A stretch of DNA of 63,397 nt, counting the filler, from Nemertoderma westbladi (taxonomy: Eukaryota > Animalia > Xenacoelomorpha), in assembly GCA_032718475.1 (NCBI GenBank). It is 4 parts of 4 records of this genome, joined end to end, with 100 filler letters (N's around TTAATTAATTAA, not from the genome) between each part and the next. Parts side by side here need not be neighbours in the genome. Positions count along the whole stretch, not along the records: positions 46,960 to 59,390 come from JAUCBJ010005163.1; positions 59,491 to 63,397 come from JAUCBJ010008369.1; 2 more parts are not named here. One strand, written 5' to 3'. The translations under genes and the position numbers were made by a program. The notes below the pieces were generated by a model that worked only from the letters and a program-made list of their open reading frames with translations, did no database searches and was not told the origin of the DNA. How positions within the stretch are numbered: position 1 is the stretch's first letter; every line of letters begins with the position of its first letter. Positions 49,700 through 61,244 of the stretch are shown piece by piece.

Positions 49700-50092
49700 A
49701 ATTTGTTAACACGCCATCTAGCGGCCGATGCTGATATTGTGTGTCTCTGACCGTACCTAATAATTAATTGAGAACCATCCATAGGTTATTCAAAATCAAT
49801 GAAGTGGTTCAAAAGTTATTAAGCATAGACGAAGTGATATTTAGCGCCTCCTAGAGGCGGAAAATTTAAATGCACGACGCCAAAATTCGGAAAACTTTCT
49901 AAGCTTTTGACATACTACTTGTGTACTACGTTTGGTATAATTTCATCACAAAGATTCGCTGAGTCACTGTAGTAGCATTCAAAGATTAGATGGACCGACC
50001 GACCAACCGCCTGGCAGACCGACAGATAGAAGCGAGGTTGAGATTGGTACCCGTATTCTAAACTCGCTCACTTTCGTGGCTCGCCCCACAGT
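49700..50092. mobile_element. Further copy of the CTCGCCCCACAGT-ended family (left boundary approximate)
   Basis: 50046-50092 is a close reverse complement of 51764-51810; preceded by a GACC/GACA microsatellite. Confidence 0.6.
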
Positions 50093-50566
50093 GTTAGACA
50101 ATTTAACGGGTGCTTGTCAGTTCTGTCACTGGCCCTGTGTTACCGGATAGTGCCTCTGGTTGTTTTAAAGGCTTCCGAAATAGTGACTCTAGTATTTTTA
50201 AGGCCCTTAAAATAGTCCTTAAAATTACTACTGTAATGTTTTTGTAATAAAGTTCCCTTTAAAGTTTTCTTTCAACCTCCCCTTGCTCGAAGAGCATCCT
50301 AATGTTGTTGCCATAGATTCATACAGTCTGGCTCCATGTAGTACCGGTAGGGGTATCGATAGACGATAGATATATTGTGTCTGGTAACCCGAACCCTTTC
50401 CTAGCTCCTTACTCTGCCGTTGTTTACACGAACCAAGTCCAAGTTAACTCAAACTCGGTGATTGGTAACCCTAACGCGGTCGATAACCCAAACCCAGTCA
50501 TTGATGACCCTAATCAGGATAAATGCTAACAACCACGAAGCTCATGTCTACTACAATTTGTAGAAT

Positions 50567-51040
50567 TGATAATAAGTGAATTATTGTGGGGCGAGTGACG
50601 CGGTGAATTAAATATAAATAGGACAATATGATAATGCTCTCCATAGCGAAAAATATCAACCGGCCCTATTGGGGCTCGAACCCGGTACCTAGGTTTCAAA
50701 CTTCTGGTTATCATCAGCCGGGTGAGTGTACTGAGCTACCAGGCCGGATGATATTTCGTTATGGAGTGGAAAATCATATTAAGGCCATACAATCACTCAA
50801 AGTAAAGTACAACTTTCGTTATTCCCCTGCTCTGCCAGAAATGGCAACCATGCCTCAAATAATAACTTTTATACAGTGTTGTAGTTGTAGAAACAAACCA
50901 CTGTAGCCCCGTATGCCTGGCCCAGGCTGTTAGTTAATGATAATAAGTGAATAGTTGTGGGGCGAGTGACGCGGTGAATTAAATATATAATGTAAATAGG
51001 ACAATATGATAATGCTCTCCATAGCGAAAAATTCGCAACC
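50567..51040 (-). mobile_element. Retrozyme/SINE-like unit: ~371-bp period with ~95-bp direct repeats, Pol III boxes and a hammerhead
   Basis: TGATAATAAGTGAAT..TTGTGGGGCGAGTGACGCGGTGAATTAAAT...CTCTCCATAGCGAAAAAT at 50567 and 50938. Minus-strand A-box-like TGGTAGCTCAGT (50730-50741) and B box GGTTCGAGCC (50673-50682). Confidence 0.65.
50680..50723 (-). ncRNA. Minimal type I hammerhead ribozyme
   Basis: Minus strand ACCCGG-CTGATGA-TAACCAGAAGTTT-GAAAC-CTAG-GTA-CCGGGT: perfect 6-bp stem I, canonical core, short stem II (AAC/GTT), palindromic ACCTAGGT stem III, GUA cleavage triplet. Confidence 0.82.
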
Positions 51041-51422
51041 ATTGAATAATTGAACAATTAAATTGCATAAATTTTTAATTTAAAATACCTTCACACCAAT
51101 AGAATTCCTTTCAAGCAATATTAAAGTAACCTTTCTAGACCAGTTTTTCATGCCAAACGCGAATATGAACTCAATTTTTCCGCACCAATGGTTATAAGAA
51201 AGTTATAAGAGGTGGGTTTAAGTTATAATTATTTAAAGGCGGCACACTGCCGCCCTTATGAGCATGGTCCTGAATTATTTAGAATGAAGAAGGCGGCAGT
51301 GTGCCGCCTTTTTTTAGTTTTGGTACGCAAAGGGTTAAAAATGTGCCGTTACATATTTGCTGTTTACTGGGTTAGAAAGGGAAGGACATATACAATTTAC
51401 TATAATATAGACAGACACCAAC

Positions 51423-51667
51423 CTTGTAAGTTTCCTTCATATGTGGTGAATAGCTTCCGGTTTTCCACGCAAAATACCATGGACCACAAACACTGGCCAG
51501 TGAGAAGGAGGTAGTTGAACTCCAAATTGGAAGCTTCTAGGTAACTCAGGAGAATTTCTAGAACACCGTTTTTACCCAATACTATCTTGGCTTCATTACC
51601 CAGTGATAAACGGAGTATAGTGTCCAAGAGATTTTCAAGAAAATCGTTGGAGGTGATTATTTTAAAT
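51423..51667 (-). CDS. Exon 2 of armadillo-like protein
   Basis: Acceptor TTTAG, phase 2 matching exon 1; LLDTILRLSLGNEAKIVLGKNGVLEILLSYL...GQCLWSMVFCVENRK is ARM-repeat-like; donor AAG|GTTGGT. Confidence 0.7.
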
Positions 51668-51763
51668 CTAAATTTAAAATATATATTAAATATTTCTATA
51701 TGTATATTCGTCATATCCATGTATATTATTAAATTTCTCAAACTATGCCGTATATACTACACT

Positions 51764-54700
51764 CTGTGGGGCGAGCCACGAAGCCAGCGAGCTTAACATG
51801 CGGGTGCCGTTATTTGAAACGTTGCCTGTCTGTTTGAAGGCTAATATTGGTCAATATAATAATGAATGTCAATATTGATGAAACTTAAATCTCTTCTTTT
51901 TAAACTTAGTCTAAAATTTTAAATCTAATTTTGCAGAAATTTTTGCACACATTCTCTATTTTTGGGATGACGAACTCCATGCAATACCTCAGAAATCGAG
52001 TACAATTAGAATATGCGCAGCACGTCTGTCGCAGCACGAGTGTGGCAGTCTGTCGCAGCACGAGTGTGGCCGTCTGTCGTAACACGAGTGTGGCCGTCTG
52101 TCGTAACACGAGTGTGGCCGTCTGTCGCAGCACGAGTGTGGCTGTCTGTCGCAGCACGAGTGTGGCCGTCTGTCGCAGCACGAGTGTGGCCGTCTGTCGT
52201 AGCACGAGTGTGGCCGTCTGTCGCAGCACGAGTGTGGCAGTCAGTCACAGCACGAGTGTGGCAGTCTGTCGCAGCACGAGTGTGGCCGTCTGTCGCAGTA
52301 CGAGTGTGGCCGTCTGTCGCAGCACGAGTGTGGCAGTCTGTCGCAGCACAAGTGTGGCAGTCTGTCGCAGCACGAGTGTGGCCGTCTGTCGCAGCACGAG
52401 TGTGGCCGTCTGTCGTAGCACGAGTGTGGCCGTCTGTCGCAGCGCGAGTGTGGCCGTCTGTCGCAGCACGAGTGTGGCAGTCTGTCGCAGCACGAGGGTG
52501 GCAGTCTGTCGCAGCACGAGTGTGGCCGTCTGTCGCAGCACGAGTGTGGCAGTCTGTCGCAGCACGAGTGTGGCCGCCTGTCGCAGCACGAGTGTGGCCG
52601 CCTGTCGCAGCACGAGTGTCGCAGTCTGTCGCAGCACGAGTGTGGCCGTCTGTCGCAACACGAGTGTGGCCGCCTGTCGCAGCGCGAGTGCGGCAGTCTG
52701 TCGCAGCACGAGTGTGGCAGTCTGTCGCAGCACGAGTGTGGCCGTCTGTCGCAGCACGAGTGTGGCAGTCTGTCGCAGCACGAGTGTGGCCATATGTTGC
52801 AGTACGAGTGTGGCCGTCTGTCGCAGTACGAGTGTGGCAGTCTGTCGCAGCACGAGTGTGGCCGCCTGTCGCAGTACGAGTGTGGCAGTATGTCGCAGCA
52901 CGAGTGTAGCCGTCTGTCGCAGTACGAGTGTGGCAGTCTGTCGCAGCACGCGTGTGGCCGCCTGACGCAGCACGAGTGTGGCAGTCTGTCGCAGCACGAG
53001 TGTGGCCGTCTGTCGCAGTACGAGTGTGGCCGTCTGTCGCAGTACGAGTGTGGCAGTCTGTCGCAGCATGAGTGAGGCCGCCTGTCGCAGCACGAGTGTG
53101 GCAGTATGTCGCAGCACGAGTGTGGCCGTATGTCGCAGTACGAGTGTGGCAGTCTGTCGCAGCACGCGTGTGGCCGCCTGACGCAGCACGAGTGTGGCAG
53201 TCTGTCGCAGCACGAGTGTGGCCGTCTGTCGCAGTAGGAGTGTGGCCGTCTGTCGCAGTACGAGTGTGGCAGTCTGTCGCAGCACGAGTGAGGCCGCCTG
53301 TCGCAGCACGAGTGTGGCAGTCTGTCGCAGCACGAGTGTGGCCGCCTGTCGCAGCACGAGTGTGGCCGCCTGTCGCAGCACGAGTGTGGCCGCCTGTCGC
53401 AGCACGAGTGTGGCAGTCTGTCGCAGCACGAGTATGGCCGTCTGTCGCAGCACGAGAGTGGCCGCCTGTCGCAGCACGAGTGTGGCAGTCTGTCGCAGCA
53501 CGAGTGTGGCCGTCTGTCGCAGTACGAGTGTGGCAGTCTGTCGCAGCACGCGTGTGGCCGCCTGACGCAGCACGAGTGTGGCAGTCTGTCGCAGCACGAG
53601 TTTGGCCGTCTCTTGCAGTACGAGTGTGGCAGTCTGTCGCAGCACGAGTGTGGCCGTCTGTCGCAGCACGAGTGTGGCCGCCTGTCGCAGCACGAGTGTG
53701 GCAGTCTGTCGCAGCACGAGTATGGCCGTCTGTCGCAGCACGAGAGTGGCCGCCTGTCGCAGCACGAGTGTGGCAGTCTGCCGCAGCACGAGTGTGGCCG
53801 TCTGTCGCAGCACGAGTGTGGCAGTCTGTCGCAGCACGAGTGTGGCGTATGTTGCAGTACGAGTGTGGCCGTCTCTCGCAGTACGAGTGTGGCAGTCTGT
53901 CGCAGCACGAGTTTGGCCGTCTGTCGCAGCACGAGTGTGGCCGTCTGTCGCAGTACGAGTGTGGCAGTCTGTCGCAGCACGAGTGTGGCCGCCTGTCGCA
54001 GCACGAGTGTGGCAGTCTGTCGCAGAACGAGTGTGGCCGTCTGTCGCAGTACGAGTGTGGCAGTCTGTCGCAGTACGACTGTGGCCGCCTGTCGCAGCAC
54101 GAGTGTGGCCGCCTGTCGCAGCACGAGTGTGGCAGTCTGTCGCAGCACGAGTGTGGCCGTCTGTCGCAGCCGAGTGTGGCCGCCTGTCGCAGCACGAGTG
54201 TTGCAGTCTGCCGCAGCACGAGTGTGGCCGTCTGTCGTAGCACGAGTGTGGCAGTATGTCGCAGCACGAGTGTGGCCGTCTGTCGAAGTACGAGTGTGGC
54301 AGTCTGTCGCAGTACGAGTGTGGCAGTCTGTCGCAGCACGAGTTTGGCCGTCTGTCGCAGCACGAGTGTGGCAGTCTGTCGCAGCACGAGTGTGGCCGCC
54401 TGTCGCAGCACGAGTGTGGCAGTCTGTCGCAGCACGAGTGTGGCCGTCTCTTGCAGTACGAGTGTGGCAGTCTGTCGCAGCACGAGTGTGGCCGCCTGTC
54501 GCAGCACGAGTGTGGCCGCCTGTCGCAGCACGAGTGTGGCCGCCTGACGCAGCACGAGTGTGGCAGTCTGTCGCAGCACGAGTATGGCCGTCTGTCGCAG
54601 CACGAGAGTGGCCGCCTGTCGCAGCACGAGTGTGGCAGTCTGCCGCAGCACGAGTGTGGCCGTCTGTCGCAGCACGAGTGTGGCAGTCTGTCGCAGCACG

Positions 54701-55388
54701 AGTGTGGCGTATGTTGCAGTACGAGTGTGGCCGTCTCTCGCAGTACGAGTGTGGCAGTCTGTCGCAGCACGAGTTTGGCCGTCTGTCGCAGCACGAGTGT
54801 GGCCGTCTGTCGCAGTACGAGTGTGGCAGTCTGTCGCCGCACGAGTGTGGCCGCCTGTCGCAGCAAGAGTGTGGCAGTCTGTCGCAGCACGAGTGTGGCC
54901 GTCTGTCGCAGTACGAGTGTGGCCGCCTGTCGCAGTACGAGTGTGGCAGTCTGTCGCAGCACGAGTGTGGCAGTCTGTCGCAGCACGAGTGTGGCCGTCT
55001 GTCGTTTTTTAGTCCCAAACATTTTAACGCTAATTCTGTATCTCAGTCAAATCCTCCATAAATTTAAACCAAACTTGCAATCTGTCAAAAAGTTAACAAT
55101 GTTGTGTGTTGTCCCCAGATGTTCGACAGTTTTCCTACAACTTACCAGCGATGTGTGGAGCTGAAACTTGGCATAATTACTTTTAGGACTGCGATCTACT
55201 GTTATGAACATTGTTTGTGGCCATTTTTGATAATTGTCAAACATTTTTCTTTTACTGTGACTGACTGTTGTCAGCGTTTTTAGGTGTTGTCACAAATTAC
55301 ACCTAACCCTATGTGAGTAACTGAATACACAGCAATACAAGTGAATAGGCCACGTGCCGCGCGAAGACCACATGAATGCTATAAAGTT
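51764..55388. mobile_element. CTGTGGGGCGAG-ended non-autonomous element carrying the 24-bp minisatellite, filling most of the intron
   Basis: Left end CTGTGGGGCGAG. Right end CACGTGCCGCGCGAAGACCACATGAATGCTATAAAGTT closely resembles the reverse complement of 5553-5593. Confidence 0.7.
52017..55004. repeat. ~3-kb 24-bp minisatellite
   Basis: Unit GCAGCACGAGTGTGG(C/A)-type, consensus GCAGCACGAGTGTGGCCGTCTGTC; variant patterns recur as higher-order blocks (~53590-53960 vs ~54430-54830). Confidence 0.98.
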
Positions 55389-55398
55389 ATTTTATTAC

Positions 55399-56492
55399 CT
55401 GTCGCAATGATCTTCTGCGAACGAATACAAGAGATCTTTAACAAATTCTAGGAGTTTTCGATGTGTTTTTAGGAAATTCGCTGCACAAAATCCATATTCC
55501 TGTGGAATTCGCGACAATATCTGAACGACTAGGAAGCGGATTGAACCAAGAGAATTACTTCCGAGATAGGGTTCCAGCATCTCGTTTACATGGTTGCCAT
55601 GACTATCTTCGACGTAGATTATATTGTGAGGCTGTGTTTTGACAAGATTTAGCAATAAAGTGAGGTTAGGCACAGCCACTCCTAAAAGTCCTTTAACTAA
55701 CTGAGAATCTGAGACCATTAAATCGCTATGTAATTCCTTAAGGACTCCGTAGATTACAGAATGCTTTGGACCCACCGTCAACATCTCGCAAAACATTGGT
55801 GATTTCTGAGAACACGAAACCAGAATGGATTTCGCTCGAATTATAGATTTAAACTGTGGATGCTTCGATACTACATGTTGTAAAGCTCTGGTATTTACAG
55901 TTTTAATATGTTTAATAGATTCGAATATTTCATGATAAATCCTTAGTATCTTACACTTCTTTATCATTTTCTTCCACAACAATATCACGTCCTCTCCAAC
56001 GTGCTGAATAATCTCGCCAACTATATCTACATTATCTCTGCTGTTAATAGTTTCGTTAATCAATTCCAAGTTGTCCACAACATACTGTAGACCTAAAGCG
56101 GTGTCATCTATGTTCTGTAAGAGTTGTATAATAGCGTCTCGAATGTCGCATATTATGAAGGCAACTTTGGGACTTTTGCTAAGAAGTTGTTTGGAGTTAT
56201 TATATTCCATGGAGCTTGAAACATCAACACCGGTGTCATCATCAGACACACTACTGGCTATTTGTGAACCTTTAGTTGAGCTTATAAATGAATTATCTCG
56301 GCCAACCAGTAGGCCCTCTGCCTCGTCTATATTGTGAATGGTGTCACCGTAACAGATACTTACCACGCTGGTCTCACGGGCTACAATTTCGCCGTTAACA
56401 AATATATTTTCATTGAGAGACGAAACGCTATCGTCTAACTCGGCGCCGCTAGGGCCCGTGACGTAATGCATTTTGCCAGCGGAACAGCCCAT
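55399..56492 (-). CDS. Exon 1 of N-myristoylated helical/armadillo-like protein
   Basis: 364 codons from MGCSAGK; acidic S-rich N-region then amphipathic helices; donor AG|GTAATA, phase 2. Confidence 0.8.
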
Positions 56493-57309
56493 TGCTCTGG
56501 GTTCAATAACAAAATATAATATTTAAATCAATTAAAACATCTCAGAAAACTTCAGCTATTAACTCTCAAGATATGCACAATAATTACTCACTTATTATCG
56601 GTTTCTACTGCATTATATAAATTATTTCAGTACCGGTACATGGATTGTTATATTCTACGTCACTCAATGCAAAGAAGGGAAAATAATTATGCATGTTATC
56701 AATATACAGTGTTGTCAATGTAGAGTAAATTTTTATATATCTCAAGCGTGCGACAGGCCATTAGAAACCGAATTAACAAAATACATAACGATGAACATGT
56801 AATATAATAATAATTATATTAAATGTATCGAAAATGCTAACAGTACATGTATTAATTAAATATTTTTAATGTATTAATTAGCAATAAATGATTTTTTGTT
56901 GATTTTTTATGTATTATTTAAGTGTTAAAACAATAAATTGCTATTTATTGATTAATATTTCCAGTACTAATTACCGTAGCATATAATATATTATATACAA
57001 AGTTGATTAGAAAACTACTCCAATTAGTGATACACCGGTAACACAGTATGTCCCACTCTTTTAATTAACTATATCACCCATATTAATCCCGCTATCTGGC
57101 ACCACCGTACACTTCTCTCATTAAAACTTATATCAATCAGCCAAAAACACAACGTCAATAGATTCAATGTTGTCTGGGTGTCAGGGTTTCATCCAATCAA
57201 GCAATGTGGCTACTAAAATAATATCTTGGCTGATCTAATTACTCATTGACTTTCCGGTTCATAATGAATTACGTTTTTTGCGGTTGCTCCGCACGGGGTC
57301 TTTGCAACA

Positions 57310-59390
57310 ACTATTACTACTACTATCGGCATGCTGCATTGCAGCTGCATTATATATATTACATATATATTAAGAATGCTGTGCATGCTGGTCGACAAAA
57401 TTGCGCAGACACATCTTCCTATCAATCAAGACATTCTGCTGAGATCATCCGCATCTTCAAGGCCAGTCTCCTTTAAGATGCGTCTCAAGAAAGCCAAGGG
57501 GTGTCCACCATGCTTATTCACTCCATGAGGCTGCAAAAGCACAAGATTATGCACTGGCTGGTCCTCACGGCGAAAGCAATGTCCTGCAAAGCGGAGGCGG
57601 CTTTGTTCTAGTGTCAAGCTTGGGGGGGGGGGGGGGGGGGAGGGCAATGAGACACCTCCAATGTTATATAGTGTCTGGTTGGAGATGTGTGCATTGTGAC
57701 ACTGTGAACCCGGCGTAGCATTCTTGTGAATGTGCCATCCAGAGATTTGGTGTCCTCAGCAATTAGAGCCCTGCTACTACAGTCTACAGTACCGGTACTA
57801 TAAGACTGGCCGTACGCAAATTTCCAATTGAGGTGTCGTTTCAGCCTTTCCATAGAGTTAATGTTATATTAATATGTGCCACTGCTACAATGCAACTGGT
57901 TCCGATATTTCTATGTGACTTCCAAATCCTGGACAGATTATTTAACGCTGCCCATTCCTTCCCCTTGCGTATGCGAAGGTCTTCACCTGTCTTTCGGATC
58001 CATGATCCCAAGTAGCAGAAGTCATCCACGTGCTCAAGAATGCCTTCCTTAGAGCTTATGCCCTTACGATCAGACATTTTTTGAGGGCTGTCTAGGTTGA
58101 CTGTCATCATTTTAGTCTCCTTGGAATTTACAACAAGACCAACACTAGAAGCAACCTGCTCCAATGAGCAGAGGAGCCTTTGGCCCCCCTCTAGTGATTC
58201 TGACAGTACCCCTAAGTCATCAGAAAAGTCTAAATCAGTACTGTACTTTGCTGGATTTCCTCTACTTCTTGTGGCAGTAGAGGGTGTTACAATCACCCAA
58301 TCTTTATTAAGATGGTCTAAGGACATGCGTAGAACATAATCAACCACAATTACAAATAGGAATGGTGCAGATGTGTCACCGTGAAGGACTCCCCATAAGA
58401 CTTCGAATGGATCTGTGTATCTATCCATCTGCAGTTAGACACAAATGTGGTGGAACCATCGAACAGTGATCTGATAGCTGCAATAATTTCCTCAGGAATC
58501 CCATATGCTGTCAGAATGCTGAACACGTGGTCGGGAGACTGAGTCAAAGGCTTTAAAGAAATCAACAAATATAACAGCCAGTTTTCTGTCTTTCTTTATC
58601 TGATAACTCTTCGATTATCCTTCTAAGTGCCAGAATAGGCTCCATGGTTCCACGACCTTTACAGAACCCCTTTTGGTTCCCTCGTATCAGTGTCTCAACA
58701 GGAGCCCTGGTGCGATTTAATAGAATTATGTTGTAGAGCATTCGCAGCAATCGAGATCAATGAGATTCCACGAAAAGATCCATATGTGGCCCTTCTTTGG
58801 GGCAGGGACCAACTTCTTTTTGTTTTCATTTCTTGAGGGACTCTCTTTATCCTATACATGTCTACAATAATGGGGTGAATGAGCTCCAAACACTCAGGAA
58901 TTTTTAAATACCACAGGCGGCCCCATCGACTCCACTGACACAATTGGCCTTGATGCTCCTTGCTGCAGTCTTGATTTCAGCAAAGGAGATGTCACCAATG
59001 ATGATATCTATGAGCACAGACACGGATACACGATGTACCGCAAAACTTCTCAAAGTGGGCGTTCCTACCTTGAGGCGTTCAACTGTAGATTGCAGCCTTA
59101 ACCTTGTTGCTTGGTTGACTTTTCCTTTCGGATTGCTGGACTGATGGCCTGCTATCAACAGCATTGTTAATGTCATAAGCTCCTTCATGTTAGCAGAGTG
59201 CTCTGGCTGTTAAGGGACATAGATACAGCCTGTCCATACTGCCTGGCCTTGTGTGCCCGAGTCGACAGGACTCATCACTGGAGAAGGTTCGAAGTGTTAC
59301 CACCTACTACCAATGAAGTTGCATCTTTCTTAAGTTTGGCAACCGCGTCGACCTTACACCAATCGGGGTCCGGCATGGTGTGAAACAGGG
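57310..59390 (-). pseudogene. Decayed RTE-clade LINE (RT and 3' end)
   Basis: Fragments SFRGISLISIA, NQKGFCKGRGT, GVLHGDTSAPFLFVIVVDYVLR, DLDFSDDL, FCYLGSWI, RLRFAGHCFRREDQPV across many frameshifts; (AGT)n-like tail near 57310-57328. Confidence 0.88.
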
Positions 59391-59490
59391 NNNNNNNNNN
59401 NNNNNNNNNNNNNNNNNNNNNNNNNNNNNNNNNNTTAATTAATTAANNNNNNNNNNNNNNNNNNNNNNNNNNNNNNNNNNNNNNNNNNNN
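59391..59490. other. Assembly gap with spacer
   Basis: N-run/TTAATTAATTAA/N-run. Confidence 0.95.
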
Positions 59491-60459
59491 GTTTGTCCAT
59501 AAGGCTACTACTAAGCTTTCTCCAAGACACTTTTAAATGCTTTCTGATTTTCCAAGTGAAGGGATTTAATGCTGCAAAGCATGCAGCTGCATCTCGCTAA
59601 TACATTGTCGTTTATGTTTACCGACTGGAAATGTTGGTGTTGCAATTGGAAGGTGTTCTGCAGGTTGGCTCTCTTCGTGGTCGTTGTCAAGTCCAATGGC
59701 TCTCTTCGTGGTCGTTTTGAAAACCAAAAGCGTAGCTGAAGCTCGTTAATTCGAGGGCGTTTACCACCTGATGAAGATGGATTTGGAAGGTTCACTGCTC
59801 CTTCCGGTTCCACGACACTTCCAATGGTAGAGAATAGAGGCGAATCCGGTACCAGAACATTATTGACTTCAACAGAGCACGTTGAATTATGTTCTCATAC
59901 CGTAGTGTCAATAGGTCATGATAATGGGGTAAACCTTTAAATAGTGCTAAGTCCTTATGAAGGTCGTACACAATCTGCTGAGTTGAGGTTAAGTCTATCA
60001 GCTTCTATCAGTTGTCTTGCGAGATTTAGTAATGTTATTTGCTTTAACTTTAGTTACCGGTACTTGTTTTACATAAAATATGTGTTTTTTTATTTCCGCG
60101 GCTGATTGTTTTAATTGGGGATTTTCTGAGTTTATAGTATTGGCTATGGACTCCCAGACACTTTTACGTTTTCGGTTCGAATCTGCCCCTCTATCTGCAC
60201 CTTAGATAGCTTCAAAATTATCTATGACTAGGTCAATAGTTCGCTTAGAAACAACTGATGGAATTATTGGAATTGACATATCTGGATGATACCAACAGAA
60301 TGGAATTGACAGTTCAATCGTATATGAGTAGAGTACAGACTAAAACTAGGCCTAAAAGTAACTACTGACTACCGGTACTACAGTACAGCAGTACAGTGTA
60401 GTTTAGGCAACTAGGAGTATAGCATACAGGCCCGCAGGCTGACAGGCTTACTGTTATAT

Positions 60460-60572
60460 TGCGGTGCGCCCTGCGGTGCGCCCTGCAGTGCGCCGTGCGG
60501 TGCGCCCTGCAGTGCGCCGTGCGGTGCGCCCTGCAGTGCGCCGTGCGGTGCGCCCTGCAGTGCGCCGTGCGG
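60460..60572. repeat. Short GC-rich 24-bp tandem repeat
   Basis: GCGGTGCGCCCTGCAGTGCGCCGT about four times. Confidence 0.9.
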
Positions 60573-61042
60573 CAGGCACAGGTCAGCTGCACAGCAGCTG
60601 CTGGTCGCGGTACGAGTTGGTCTACTGTATTTTCAATTGAATCCTGAAATCTGTAAATTCAAATCTACAGATCTAGGCCTACAGCCTACTGACCGGTAGC
60701 GCAGTAGGCCTATTCCAGTATTCCCTCCTCATGCAGTCATGGCACAATCACAATGGAACTGGTAAATGCAAATAAAACAAATAAAGCAGTATCCAGCATT
60801 CAGACTGTCCATACACAGTAATAGGGTAGGTAGTTACCAGTGACCAGTATCGACCAATTTAGGTACACCCAATCTTATCTAATCTAGATTAGATTAGAAT
60901 GTGCCACATTGGTGCATACAACAATTAGTCTATGCTAACTGTAGTTTGATCTCATACAAATTTACAATCCAATTAGTTTGAGTCTAAACTAATCTGGTGC
61001 ATACGACCCCTGGTGTGGTTTATTTGGTACCCTGGTAAGGTT

Positions 61043-61244
61043 CCACCTTGGTGTAGTGGTTGCATTGAATTCACATCTCTTGTAGGTCGTGGGTTCGATC
61101 CTCACATGGGCCAGTGCAGTTTTCGTTTCGGCACGAATGCTTTAAAGGGACCAGCCAGGGTGCATCTCTGCCTTGCATCCTTAAGTGGTAGCTAAATGAG
61201 TACTAGAGTTTCCTCTGGGGAGTAAAGTTCTGGGGGGACCGCAC
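61043..61244 (+). mobile_element. tRNA-derived SINE, cut by the RAG1-like element terminus
   Basis: A box TGGTGTAGTGG (61049-61059), B box GGTTCGATCC (61092-61101), and a central CCTTGCATCCTT...GCTAAATGAGTAC block resembling the Nin-type SINE domain. Confidence 0.75.

Noticed and set aside
51906-55164. Very long ORFs (up to 925 aa) on both strands
   Set aside because: They come from a stop-free 24-bp tandem repeat, are open in nearly all frames, and lie inside an intron.
61043-61115. Possible tRNA gene
   Set aside because: A and B boxes are present but there is no convincing cloverleaf, and it continues into a SINE body.
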